The notes under the pieces: model-generated
Seen by the model: only the letters and a program-made list of their open reading frames with translations
Told to the model about the DNA's origin: nothing
Databases searched by the model: none
Translations under genes and position numbers: made by a program
Assembly (NCBI GenBank): GCA_038087875.1
Contig: JAXLNO010000350.1
Location: 248,001 to 312,000, forward strand
DNA: 64,000 nucleotides
Reading direction: 5' to 3'
DNA from: Malacoraja senta
Lineage: Eukaryota
Shown here: one piece after another, positions 53,301-64,000 of the stretch
Numbering within the stretch: position 1 is the first letter of the stretch
Layout: each line of letters begins with the position of its first letter

Positions 53301-53890
53301 GTAAGGGGGGATGCTAGTTGAAGAGTTGGTATGTCCCATTTACGTAATGCTCATAAAAATATTTGTTTCTCTCTTTTTTCTCTTTCTTTTCTAGGGTCTA
53401 TTTCTTAACTCTTTTTCTTTTGTTTTTTAATTTTGCTCTTATAGGGTCTTCGTCCTTTTTTGTTGTCACATTTTCTACACTTTCACTTTTTCCTTCACTT
53501 TCTTCTTTCTTTCAATCTTTTCTTTTTCTGGTGTAAAAAATAAATGGTGTACATTAATTGTAAGAAGACATAAGTGACGAGTACTAATGTATGTGGTTGT
53601 AATGTAATGTACTTCTAATAAATAAAAAAATAATAAAAAAAAAGAGAGTTGTAGCTGTGTGGAATGAGCTTCCAGTGGAAGTGGTGGTGGCAGGTTCGAT
53701 TTTATCCTTTAAAAATAGATTGGATGGGTATATGGACGGGAAAGGAATGGAGGGATATGGTCTGAGTGCAGGTAGATGGGACTAGGGGGAAGGAAGAAGA
53801 AAGAAGGGAAAAGAAAAAAAAAGTGTTCGGCACGGACTTGAAGGGCCGAGATGGCCTGTTTCCGTGCTGTAATGGTTATATGGTTATATG
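44369..53890 (+). mobile_element. Near full-length CR1 LINE containing an L1 insertion
   Basis: ORF1 at 44660-45566 (CxxC...CxxC zinc finger, coiled coil, SGNH esterase motifs GDS/GTND/DGLH; frameshifted). ORF2 APE+RT at ~45572-48388 with one stop at 46721, resuming at 53657. Tail (TGGTTATA)n. Empty site at ~7650. Confidence 0.93.
48389..53642 (+). mobile_element. L1-clade LINE, 5'-truncated within ORF1
   Basis: ORF1 C-terminus at 48389-48640, then an ~830-bp spacer. ORF2 at 49474-53265 (SWNIRG, LQETH, GDFN, SDH, QG, YADD, C-terminal Cys/His motif) has several stops and frameshifts. A-rich tail; 14-bp TSD AGAGAGT(G/T)GTAGCT at 48375-48388 and 53643-53656. Confidence 0.95.
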
Positions 53891-54331
53891 GTGATGGTTA
53901 ATAAAAAAGACCCAATTTGATCAAAGATTGGCGTGGTTTACCTTTAACAATTTTGTTAAAGGTAAACCACCCCCTCTCACCACCTCCCCTCACTTCCACC
54001 ATCCTCATCCCCCTTCCCCACTTGCCTCCTCACCATCTCACCCCTCTTTACCGCCTCCCTTCTCCACCTCCCCCTCACCCTCACACCACCTCACACCCCC
54101 TCCCCCCGCTCCCCTCACACCCCCCTCTGCCCTCCCTCCCTTCAAGCACTAGTAATGTTTACGCGTTAGTAATGTCCTGTTTGCCAGCTTGTTGACCCTC
54201 TGTGTACCCCTCCTGCAGGGTTTAGGCTGTGGACGGAGACGTGAGCGGCCATTGAGGGCGGCCAGGGTGTCGGTGAGCCCCCCCCCCCATCTGCTCGGTG
54301 TGCGGGCTGAGCTTCGAGGGGCTGAGCTTCG

Positions 54332-56149
54332 ATGGAGGACCACATAACGGGGCACAACAAGGAGAAGTGTTATAAGTGCGATGTGTGTGGCAAGGCCTGC
54401 CGGTACCTGAGCGAACTGGAGATCCACCGGCGGGTGCACACGGGAGAACGCCCTTTCGACTGCTTGGAGTGCGGCAAGAGCTTCAAGTCGGCGCCGGTCC
54501 TGAAGATCCACCGGCAGTTGCACACGGGCGAGAAGCCCTATGGCTGCTCCACCTGCGGCAAGAGCTTTGCCTGGTTGTCGGGGCTGCAGGCTCACCGGCC
54601 GGTGCACAGCAGTGAGCGGCCCTTCACCTGCTCCGACTGCGGCAAAGGCTTCAAGTCGTCCATGAACCTGAAGCAGCACAGGCACCTGCACACCGGGAAT
54701 CGGCCCTGCACCTGCAGCAACTGCGGCAAGGGCTTCACCAGCTCCAGCAAGCTGGAGGAGCACCAACGCACCCACACCGGCGAGCGCCCCTTCACCTGCG
54801 CCCAGTGCGGCAAGGGCTTCACCAGCTCTGGTAACCTGCTGTCCCACCAGCGGGTGCACTCCGACAAGAGGCCCTTTGTCTGCTCCGACTGCGGCAAGGA
54901 CTTCAAGTGGGGGAACGAGCTGAAGATCCACCGGCAGTTGCACACGGGGGAGGAGCCCTATGGCTGCTCCACCTGTGGCAAGAGCTTTGCCCAGTTGTCG
55001 AGGCTACGGCAGCATCAGCAGGTGCACAGCAGTGAGCGGCCCTTCACATGCTCCGACTGCGGCAAAGGCTTCAAGACGTCTATGACCCTAAAGCAGCACC
55101 GGCGCCTGCACAGCAGTGAGCGGCCCTACACCTGCAGCGACTGTGGCGAGGGCTTCATTGACTCCAGCAAGCTGGTGGTGCACCAGTGTACCCACACCGG
55201 CGAACACCCCTTCACCTGCACCCAGTGCGGCAAGGGCTACACCCAGTCCAACAGCCTGCTGTACCACCAGCGCACCCACACCGGCGAGCGCCCCTTCACC
55301 TGCACCCAGTGCGGCAAATGCTTCACCTCCTCCAGCCATCTGCTGTACCACCAACGTACTCACACCGGCGAGCGCCCCTTCACCTGCACCCAGTGCGGCA
55401 AATGCTTCACCTGCTCCAGCAGCCTGCTGAGGCACCAGCGTAACCACACCGGCGAGCATCCTGTCACCTGCACCCAGTGCGGCAAATGCTTCACCTGCTC
55501 CAGCAGCCTGCTGAGGCACCAGCGTACCCACACCGGCGAGCGTCCCGTCACCTGCACCCAGTGCGGCAAATGCTTCACCTCCTCCAGCAGCCTGCTGAGG
55601 CACCAGCGTACCCACACCGGCGAGCGTCCGTACATCTGCACCCAGTGCGGCAAGCGCTTCACCCGCTCCCACGGCCTGCTGTACCACCAGCGCACTCACA
55701 CCGGCGAACGCCCCTACACCTGCACCCAGTGCGGCAAGGACTTCGCCGGCTCAAGCAGCCTGCTGGTGCACCAGCGTATCCACACCGGCGAGCGCCCCTA
55801 CACCTGCACCCAGTGTGGCAAGCGTTTCACCCACTCCGCCAGCCTGCTGTACCACCAGCGGGTGCAAGACTGCGAGCGTCCAGTCCCCAGCCCGGTGAGT
55901 GGAGAGCCCTTTGCCATGGCCTCCCATGCCCTGTCTCACCAGCATGTGCACACCAGTGGCCAGCCCTACGACTGCCCGTACTGTGGTGAGACGCTTGACA
56001 GCTCGCGGAGTTTGCGGCAGCACCGGCGGACTCACGCTGGCGAGCAGCTGCTCCCACTGTTTCAAGAGGGCACGGGGGCTGCAGGAGTACCAGCGGATAC
56101 ACAGACCATGATGGAGAAGGTGAGGACAGATTCTACGATAGCCGTATAA
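54332..56149 (+). CDS. Tandem C2H2 zinc-finger protein, 605 aa, intact (copy 3); no KRAB/SCAN/BTB domain visible
   Basis: ORF with 17 consecutive CxxC-x12-HxxxH fingers and TGERP-type linkers, then one finger lacking the last His, one degenerate finger and one final canonical finger. A polypyrimidine/CAG acceptor ends at 54218. Confidence 0.95.
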   Translation: MEDHITGHNKEKCYKCDVCGKACRYLSELEIHRRVHTGERPFDCLECGKSFKSAPVLKIHRQLHTGEKPYGCSTCGKSFAWLSGLQAHRPVHSSERPFTCSDCGKGFKSSMNLKQHRHLHTGNRPCTCSNCGKGFTSSSKLEEHQRTHTGERPFTCAQCGKGFTSSGNLLSHQRVHSDKRPFVCSDCGKDFKWGNELKIHRQLHTGEEPYGCSTCGKSFAQLSRLRQHQQVHSSERPFTCSDCGKGFKTSMTLKQHRRLHSSERPYTCSDCGEGFIDSSKLVVHQCTHTGEHPFTCTQCGKGYTQSNSLLYHQRTHTGERPFTCTQCGKCFTSSSHLLYHQRTHTGERPFTCTQCGKCFTCSSSLLRHQRNHTGEHPVTCTQCGKCFTCSSSLLRHQRTHTGERPVTCTQCGKCFTSSSSLLRHQRTHTGERPYICTQCGKRFTRSHGLLYHQRTHTGERPYTCTQCGKDFAGSSSLLVHQRIHTGERPYTCTQCGKRFTHSASLLYHQRVQDCERPVPSPVSGEPFAMASHALSHQHVHTSGQPYDCPYCGETLDSSRSLRQHRRTHAGEQLLPLFQEGTGAAGVPADTQTMMEKVRTDSTIAV

Positions 56150-56387
56150 AACTGGACCATCATTGCCTGTGGCAGATTGTGTTATCTCAGCTACCGCAGG
56201 AAGTACATTGTCTGTTGGGCCTTTTAGACTGAGGAGTCTATGGTGGCTTCCCATTGATTTATCCAACACTGATCTATTCTACATTTTCCCTGATCTCCAT
56301 TCCCTTTGTCCTGTTTTCACTCCTTACACTTCCTCATCTTTGTACCTCCCATCAGACTGTAGTAGCCATTTCACTTAACTCAGTATG

Positions 56388-57297
56388 TCTATATTACTAA
56401 AAGTCTGATCTTGACCGCTGTGGCGCGATTCCCGAGAGAACGCCGCCACCTACGACAGATTTTTGGCCACCTCGCTCAGAACCCCCCTCCGCCTTCCGGG
56501 AGCAGAGGATTTTTCCCGTCGATGAAAAATGAGAGAGATATTAACGTTTTTACAAAATTCCCCGTTATCTCTGCTGCCCCCGCTGGCGGCAGGGGGAGGG
56601 ACTATAAAACCCGGAAGTGTCGTGCCTCACTCAGTCTCTGCCAGACCCAGGAAGGCAGAGGGTCACGGCTCTCTGAGCTGCGAATAACACTGAACGCACG
56701 TCTACTCCACGGTGAGTCCCCTCGATGCGGCTGTAAATTGGCTACTGCCCAATTGTTTGCCTCGCCTTTTTTCAAAATTTCGTTCAGACCAAAAGGTCTG
56801 AATGACAATAAAGGAATCTTATCTTATCTTATCTTATCTTATCTTAATTGTTTGCCTCGCCTTTAAAAAAATAATAATTTTGTATTCACAAAATGCATTT
56901 TGGTTGTCAGGTGGCTGCTTGCTGCCCAACTGTTTGCCTCGCCTTTTTTTTTTTAAAGTTTGTGTTCAAAAAAAGAATTTTGGTTGTCAGGTGGCTGCTT
57001 GCTGCCCAATTGTTTGCCTGGCCTTTTGTTAAAAAATGTTTGTGTTCACAAAATGAATTTTGGTTGTCAGGTGGCTGCTTGCTGCCCAATTGTTTGCCTC
57101 GCCTTTAAAAAAAATAAAAGGATTGTGTTCACAAAATGAATTTTGGTTGTCAGGTGGCTGTTTGCTGCATTATTGTTTGGGCAACACCCATACTAGCGCA
57201 ACAGAAAGCCCCCCCCCCCCCCACTGGCGTGGAATATTGCGTTGGTGACCAGCCCTCCCGTGTGATGCTGGGCCCCAACGGGTCCCACTTAGTCTAG
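56388..57297 (+). mobile_element. Non-autonomous Helitron
   Basis: 5' TCTATATTACTAAAA, hairpin at 57270-57286, CTAG at 57294-57297, no TSD. Empty site at ~23212. Internal ~80-bp repeat x4 at 56880-57175. Confidence 0.88.
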
Positions 57298-58514
57298 TTA
57301 TAACTATAACCATTTACTTTTAAATTTTATCTGCCTGTAATTGTGTGGGTGGGAATTATACGTAGTCTGAGGCGTGTTCGCGGCTGGGATTCTCGCGCCG
57401 ACGCCCTAGTAGTTTTAGTTTAGTTTAAAGAAGCATGGAGGAGAGGTCACAGCTTTCTACCATGCACGAGTTTGACCACAAGTAAGATCAAAATGTACTT
57501 CCACAAGAAGAAGTTTGGATGAATATCTTACTGTTTTTACTCCTACAATAAAGAAACTACCAATTAAGAGACTCTGTTTGGAAGATTTATCTTTTGACAG
57601 CAAGAAGAACTACTCTGCCCCTGCTGTTAATCAAATCTCTAATGGTAAATTAGAAAAGCTGTTGATCAAACAATACAATCATGACTTCAATGAAAGTACC
57701 AGTAAGGAATCAGAAGAAATGTCCAGGGAAGAGTTAAAGTTCTTGGATATTATGAACTACTCAGTAAAGATGATTGACAGACATTATTGTCTGGACTTAC
57801 CTTTCAAACAAGAAAGTGTTAGTCTGCTAAATAATCGTCGTATGGCAGAGCAACGCACCCTGAATCTGAACGCACCCTGAATGCACGAACTTTGCATTAA
57901 AGAAGACCGCAGAAAACAATAAAGCTCACTTTCCAGAAGAAGTGATAACCATTGTGAAGAATAATTTCTACATGGATGATTGCTTAAAATCCATGTCTAC
58001 GGGGCAGGAAGCAATTCAAATGGTAAAACATCTGACTTCCCTCTGCAATAAGGGAGGATTCCAGCTTTCCAAGTGGATCAGCAACAGCCGTGTTTTATTG
58101 GAAAGCATTCCACCAATTTATAGAGCCAAGGGGATCAGGGAGTTCAGGGCTCTCGCTTAACTTTTTTTTCCTGTGGCCAGCCGGGCAACCTAGGCAGCTT
58201 TTTAGGTTGCCAAATGACAGTTTAGGTGGTCATTTAAGACGGCTTGCATGATGCGTGCGATAATGTGCTCAGACGAAGTGCGTAGTTACCAGCCGGAATT
58301 ATGGTCAATGAAGCACTCACATATTATTTCTGCTTCAAATAAAGTCACAAACTAAACATATTCACCAATCAAGACATGATATATACCACAATGACATGCA
58401 GGAAAATTACAATACAGTAACTCATCTCTTTTTACACGTTGCAATGAATGCAATTTCTGTTATCTCTTTCCACTTCCAAACATAATTCTGGTTGGATTAT
58501 TCAGCGAATGATCA

Positions 58515-59695
58515 ACCTCGGTGAGACCAAGTGCAGGCTTGGCGATCGCTTCGCACAACACCTACACTCAGTTCGCAATAACCAACCTGATCTCCCGGTG
58601 GCTCAGCACTTCAACTCCCCCTCCCATTCCGAATCTGACCTTTCTGTCCTGGGCCTCCTCCATGGCCAGAGTGAGGCCCACAGCAAATTGGAGGAACAGC
58701 ACCTCATATTTCGCTTGGGTAGTTTACACCCCAGCGGTATGAACATTGGCTTCTCCAATTTCAGGTAGTCCTTGCTTTCTCCCTCCTTCCCCTCCCATTC
58801 CCAGCTCTCCCACAGCCTACTGTCTCCGCCTCTTCCTTTCTTTTTCCCGACCCTCCACCCCCCAGAAATCAGTCTGAAGAAGGGTCTTGGCCCGAAATGT
58901 CGCCTATTCCTTCGCTCCATAGATGCTGCCTCACCCGCTGATTTTCTCCAGCTTTGTCTACCAACGGGATCCCACCACTGGCCACATCTTCCCATCTGCT
59001 CCCCTGTCGGCTTTCCGCAGAGACCGCTCCCTCCGTAACTCCCTGGTCAATTCGTCCCTTCCCACCCAAACCACCCCCTCTCCTGACACTTTCCCTTGCA
59101 ACCGCAGGAAATGCTACACTTGTCGCTTTACCTCCCTCCTTGACTCCATTCAAGGACCCATGCCGTCTTTCCATGTGCGGCAGAGGTTCACCTGCACCTC
59201 CTCCAACCTCATCTATTGCATCCACTGCTCTAGGTGTCAGCTGCTCTACATCGGTGAGACCAAGTGTAGGCTTGGCGATCGCTTTGTCCAACACCTCCGC
59301 TTGGTTCGCAATAACCAACCTGATCTCCCGGTGGCTCAGCACTTCAACTCCCCCTCCCGTTCCGAATCCAACCTTTCTGTCCTGGGCCTCCTGCATGGCC
59401 AGAGTGAGGCCCACCGTAAATTGGAGGAGCAGCACCTCATATTTTGCTTGGGCAGTTCACACCCCAGCGGTATGAAAATTGACTTCTCCAATTTCAGGTA
59501 GTCCCTGCTTTCTCCTCCGCTTCCCAGCTCTCCCTCAGCCCACTGTCTCCACCTCTTCCTTTCTTCTTCCCACCCCCCCACACCCTCACACCCTCACATC
59601 AGTCTGAAGAAGGGTGTCGACCCGAAACGTCGCCTATTTCCTTCGTTCCATAGATGCTGCCTCACCCGCTGAGTTTCTCCAGCATTTTTGTCTAC
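58515..59695 (+). mobile_element. Penelope-like element fragments (GIY-YIG domain) in tandem
   Basis: ORFs 58448-58768 (partial) and 58923-59501; paralog of 23311-24258. Confidence 0.88.
59604..59631 (+). ncRNA. Minimal hammerhead-ribozyme-like motif in a Penelope terminus
   Basis: CTGAAGA, stem II (GGGT GTCG ACCC), GAAA-CGTC. Similar motifs start at 23449, 24169, 58874 and ~20353. Confidence 0.55.
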
Positions 59696-62600
59696 CACCC
59701 ATTCACACAAGTTCTGTTATCCCACTTTCCTCACCCACTCCCTACACACGAGGGGCAATTTTACAGAGAGAAGTTAACCTACAAAGCCAATGCGTCTTTG
59801 GGATGTGGGAGGAAACCTACATGCTTGCAGGGAGAATGTGCAAATTCAACACAGGCAGTGCCCGTGGACAGGATCGAACACAGATCTCTGGCGTGTGAGG
59901 CAGCAATTCCACCAGCTGTGCCACTATATTTTATTTTACAACACACAAAAAATTATACGTTGATAAATTTGGGTACTAAAAAAAAGAAACTCCTTTTTCG
60001 GTCTTAAATCTCTAAGTGACGCCAAGTCCCCCTTTACAGCTACTGTATATTTTAATTCAGTTCAAGACTATGGGGCAGTACATTGGCCATAAAGTTGCTG
60101 CCTAAAATTGCCAGAGACCCGGAATTGATCCTGAATATGGGTGCTGTCTGTATGGAGTTTGCTCCTTTTCACTTTGATCACATGGGTTTTCTCCGGGTGC
60201 TCTTGTTTCGTTCCACATTCCAAAGGTGTGCAGGAACCTTTTTCAGACCCAAAACTTAATATTTTCCCTTTGTCCAGAGATTCTGTCTGACCTGTTGAGT
60301 TACTCCAGCTTTTTGTGTCTATCTTCAGTTTAAACCAGCATCTGCAGTTCCTTCCTACACACACGATACTATACGATAGAACTTTATTAATCCCAGGAGG
60401 GAAATTGTGTGTGTGTGTGTGTGTATAGTTATATATTCATATATAATACACTGTTTTGTTTTCTCGTTTATAACTATTTACGGAGTACTATGTTTACATA
60501 TTCTGTTGAGCTGCTGCAAGTAAGGATTTCATTGTTCTGACTGGGATGTGAGAGAATAAAACACTCTTGACTTACGTCGCTAATGTGTGGGATAGAACTA
60601 GTGTACGGGTGATCGATGGTCGGCGTGGACTTGGTGGGCCGAAGGGCCTGTTTCCACGCTGTATCTTTAAATTAAACTAAAAACACTAAAACCAGAGGAA
60701 ATCTAAAGAAGGGTCTCTACCTGAAACGTCACCCAATTTCTTCTATCCAGAGATGCTGGCTGCTGCATGGAGTTCCCCCGCACAATTGAAGCATGGAATA
60801 GTCTTCATCCTACTATAGGTACCCAACCAGACGCAATTACATTTAAGGTACCTCTTTTTTTCCCCCAAGAACCCTTTTTTTGCTTAAGTCCAAGTCAAGA
60901 GACAAGAGAGTTTTATTGTCACGTGTCCCAGATAGGACAATTAAATCCTTGCTTGCTGCAGCACAACAGAATATGTAAACATAATACAGAACAGGAGATA
61001 AAAGTTCAGTGTGTCTATATACCATAGATCATATATATATATACACAATAAATATACAGATAAAATGCAATAGGCTATTATTTTTCAGTTTGGAGTTTGG
61101 TGGTGGTGGGTCCAGTCCTGTTTAAATTCCATTTCGAATATTTTTGGAGGACCAGGAAACCAAGAAGCAAGATTTACTCCAGGGAGTTACTCCAGCTCCA
61201 GCCAGTGATTCTGCGTTGGTTTTCAGCGGTCGCGGCGAGTCGGCGACCGGACAGCAATGGCGGCTAAATCTCCCACAATGCAAAGGGAGGGAGAAAGTGG
61301 CGGACGCCGACCAGATGCAGTGGCAGTGGCAGTGCGCATGGCCGATAATGTGCTGGCCAAAGATCCTCGCTATAGGATCTTTGTTGCTGGCCGTGGTTGT
61401 GCGCATGTGGAGGGGGAAGATGTGCAGGCCGTGGCAGTGTGCATGTGTAAGGCGGCCTGCTGTGCGGCGGATGAGGAGAGAGCGGAGACCCGGCGGCCCG
61501 GACACGGATGGCAGGCGGAGACGGAGAGTGATGGAGAGAGAGATAGAGAGGGGGCCTGCTCAGAATTAAATGATAGGTGTCCCGGGTGCTTGCCAAGCCG
61601 GGCGAAATGGCACGGCTTTTAGGTTGCCCGGCGGGACTGTAGGTTGCCATTGGCAACCGGGCAACCGCTAATTTCGAGCCCTGGAGTTGGATTTGGACAA
61701 AGACAATCTGCCAATGGAAGGAGCATTGGGACTGCATTGGTGCGTTGAAACAGATGTGTTCAAGTTCAGAACCTTGATTCAAGAGCGACCATGTACTAGA
61801 AGGGGTATCCTGTCCGTGATTGGTTCCGTTTATGACCCTTTGGGATTTCTTGCACCATTTGCTCTGCCAGCCAAGTAGATTTTGCAGGATCTTTGTAAGG
61901 AAAAACAGAATCTCTTTTGTATTGGGAGCTACTAATGTTTCACAATGGAAATATGTTAACACAAAGGAAAATCCTGCGGATGAAGCTTCTAGAGGACTAA
62001 CAGCAGACAGCTTCTTAAGCAACAAGAGATGGATCAATGGACTGGAACTTCTCTGTAAGCCAGACAGAGAATGGCCATAATTTGAGCTGGCATTTGAAAT
62101 CTCTGCTAATGATCCGGAAATTAAACAAAACATTACAGTGAACGTTATTGCTAAAAATCCTATTATTCTCTCGAAGGATTTTCACATTCCAACATTATCG
62201 TTACAACATATCCATGAATTGATCGGACATGGAAGAAGAAGTTTCATGCTGACAAAACTTTGGACTTTTGAGTTTTAGACTAGATACTGGAGATCATGCC
62301 TGCTGACGTTAAGGGTTTGGTGCGTACAGTACTACTTCAGACTAAGAATAATGTTTTAATAAGACCAATATCCAAGGTATGCTTGCTTCTAGAAGCTGAA
62401 AGTGAAGATGGAAGAATCGTTGAAGAAGTCTAAATGCGGATTTATAATTCATGAGATATTTTGTGTTTTATATATGTTAAGCTTTTATAGCTCCTTTTTT
62501 TTAATGTCTATTAGTAATTGCCTCGTTGTATACTCAGAACAATTAGGGGTCGGTATGCAGTAGCCATTTAGCTTAACTCAGTATGTTATAACTAGAACCA

Positions 62601-64000
62601 GTTGCCTTTAAATTTTATCTGCCTGTAATTACATGGGTGGGGTTTATACGTAGTCTGATGCGTGTTTGCGGCTGGGATTAAAAACATAGAAACATAGAAA
62701 CATAGAAAATAGGTGCAGGAGGAGGCCATTCGGCCCTTCGGCCCTTCGAGCCAGCATCTCTATTCATTGTGATAATGGCTGATCGTCCCCAATCAATAAC
62801 CCGTGCCTGCCTTCTCCACATATCCCTTTATTCCACTAGCTCCGAGAGCTCTATCTAACTCTCTCTTAAATCCATCCAGTGATTTGGCCTCCACTACCAT
62901 CTGTGGCAGGGAATACCACAAATTCACAACTCTCTGGGTGAAAACGTTTTTTCTCGCCTCAGTCTTAAATGGCCTCCCCTTTATTCTAAGAATGTGCCCC
63001 CTGGTTCTGGACTCGCCCAACATTGGGAACTTTTTTCCTGCATCTAGCTTGTCCAGTCCTTTTATAATTTTATATGTTTCTATAAGATACCCCCTCATCC
63101 TTCTAAACTCCAGTGAATACAAGCCTAGTCTTTTCAATCTTTCCTCATATGACAGTCCCGCCATCCCAGGGATCAATCTCGTGAACCTACGCTGCAATGC
63201 CTCAATCACAAGGATATCCTTCCTGTAATTAGGAGACCAAAACTATACACAATACTCCAGATGTGGTCTTACCAGAGCCCTTTACAACTGCAGAAGAACC
63301 TCTCTACACCTATACTGAAATCCTCTTGTTATGAAGGCCAACATTCCATTAGCTTTCTTCACTGCCTGCTGTACCTGCACGCCAACTTTCAGTGACTGGT
63401 GTACAAGGACACCATGGTCTCACTGCATCTTCCCCTTACCTAACCTAATCCTATTGAGATAATAATCTGCTCCCTTGTTTTTGCCGCCAAAGTGGATAAC
63501 CTCACATTTATCTATCTTATACTGCATCTGTATACAGTAGACAATAGGTGCTGGAGTAGGCCATTCGACCCAGCACCACAATTCACTGTGATCATGGCTG
63601 ATCATCCACAATTAGTACCCCGTTCCTGCCTTCTCCACATATCCCATGACTCCGCTATCTTTAAGAGCTCTATCTAACTCTCTCTTGGAAGCATCCAGAA
63701 AATCGGCCTCCACTGCTTTGAGGCAGAGAATTCCTCAGATTCACAACTCTCTGGGTAAAAAAAGGCGATTAACTAAAACTATCTACGACTACCCATAACT
63801 ACATGGCCACCCCACTACAATTGCACCTACGACTACAGGATTATTGATTTTCTCCATGGCGACCAATTTTTGGGCGCAGATGATTTATCAACATGTTGAA
63901 AAAATTGCGGCGACCATACTGAGGCCGCGACTCGCTCCCAGAATGCGGGAACTCGCGGCCATGAAGGAGACCAACAGCGATCATGTGGCGAGCGCAGAGT

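Larger units (their letters stand above)
58145..61683 (+). mobile_element. hAT-like non-autonomous element with 5-bp TSD, carrying nested Penelope and SINE copies
   Basis: GAGTT|CAGGGCTC...GAGCCCTG|GAGTT. Confidence 0.8.
57440..62430 (+). mobile_element. BEL/Pao pol fragments split by a hAT-like insertion
   Basis: NNFYMDDCLKS (RT) and LSKWISNS motifs. The frame KGIRE|LDLDKDNLP is interrupted at 58145-61683; YDPLG and NPAD motifs follow. Confidence 0.82.

Noticed and set aside
54332..56149. Assigning a specific gene symbol (for example PRDM9 or a numbered ZNF)
   Set aside because: No PR/SET, KRAB or other diagnostic domain is visible, and orthology cannot be inferred from generic C2H2 fingers.

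Overview
Eukaryotic (vertebrate) genomic DNA. The repeat content (HE1/V-SINE-like SINEs, abundant CR1, Penelope termini) suggests a cartilaginous fish, by inference only. The window holds three tandem segmental-duplication units; position 1 aligns with 18857 and 39524. Each unit carries a + strand, KRAB-less poly-C2H2 zinc-finger exon: copy 1 at 8095-9740 is disrupted, copy 2 at 21829-22968 is cut by a 200-N gap, and copy 3 at 54332-56149 is intact (605 aa). Duplicated YY1/CCAAT/GC-box CpG promoters with a splice donor lie at ~15.4 kb and ~37.6 kb. The rest is a dense nest of transposons: CR1 LINEs (one near full length, with an L1 inserted in it), Penelope fragments with hammerhead-like motifs, non-autonomous Helitrons, hAT-like elements and MITEs, BEL/Pao, Rex/Babar and ERV-like fragments, SINEs and minisatellites. 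The paralogous units supply empty sites that fix many insertion boundaries to the base. Family names come from motif recognition, not database searches.
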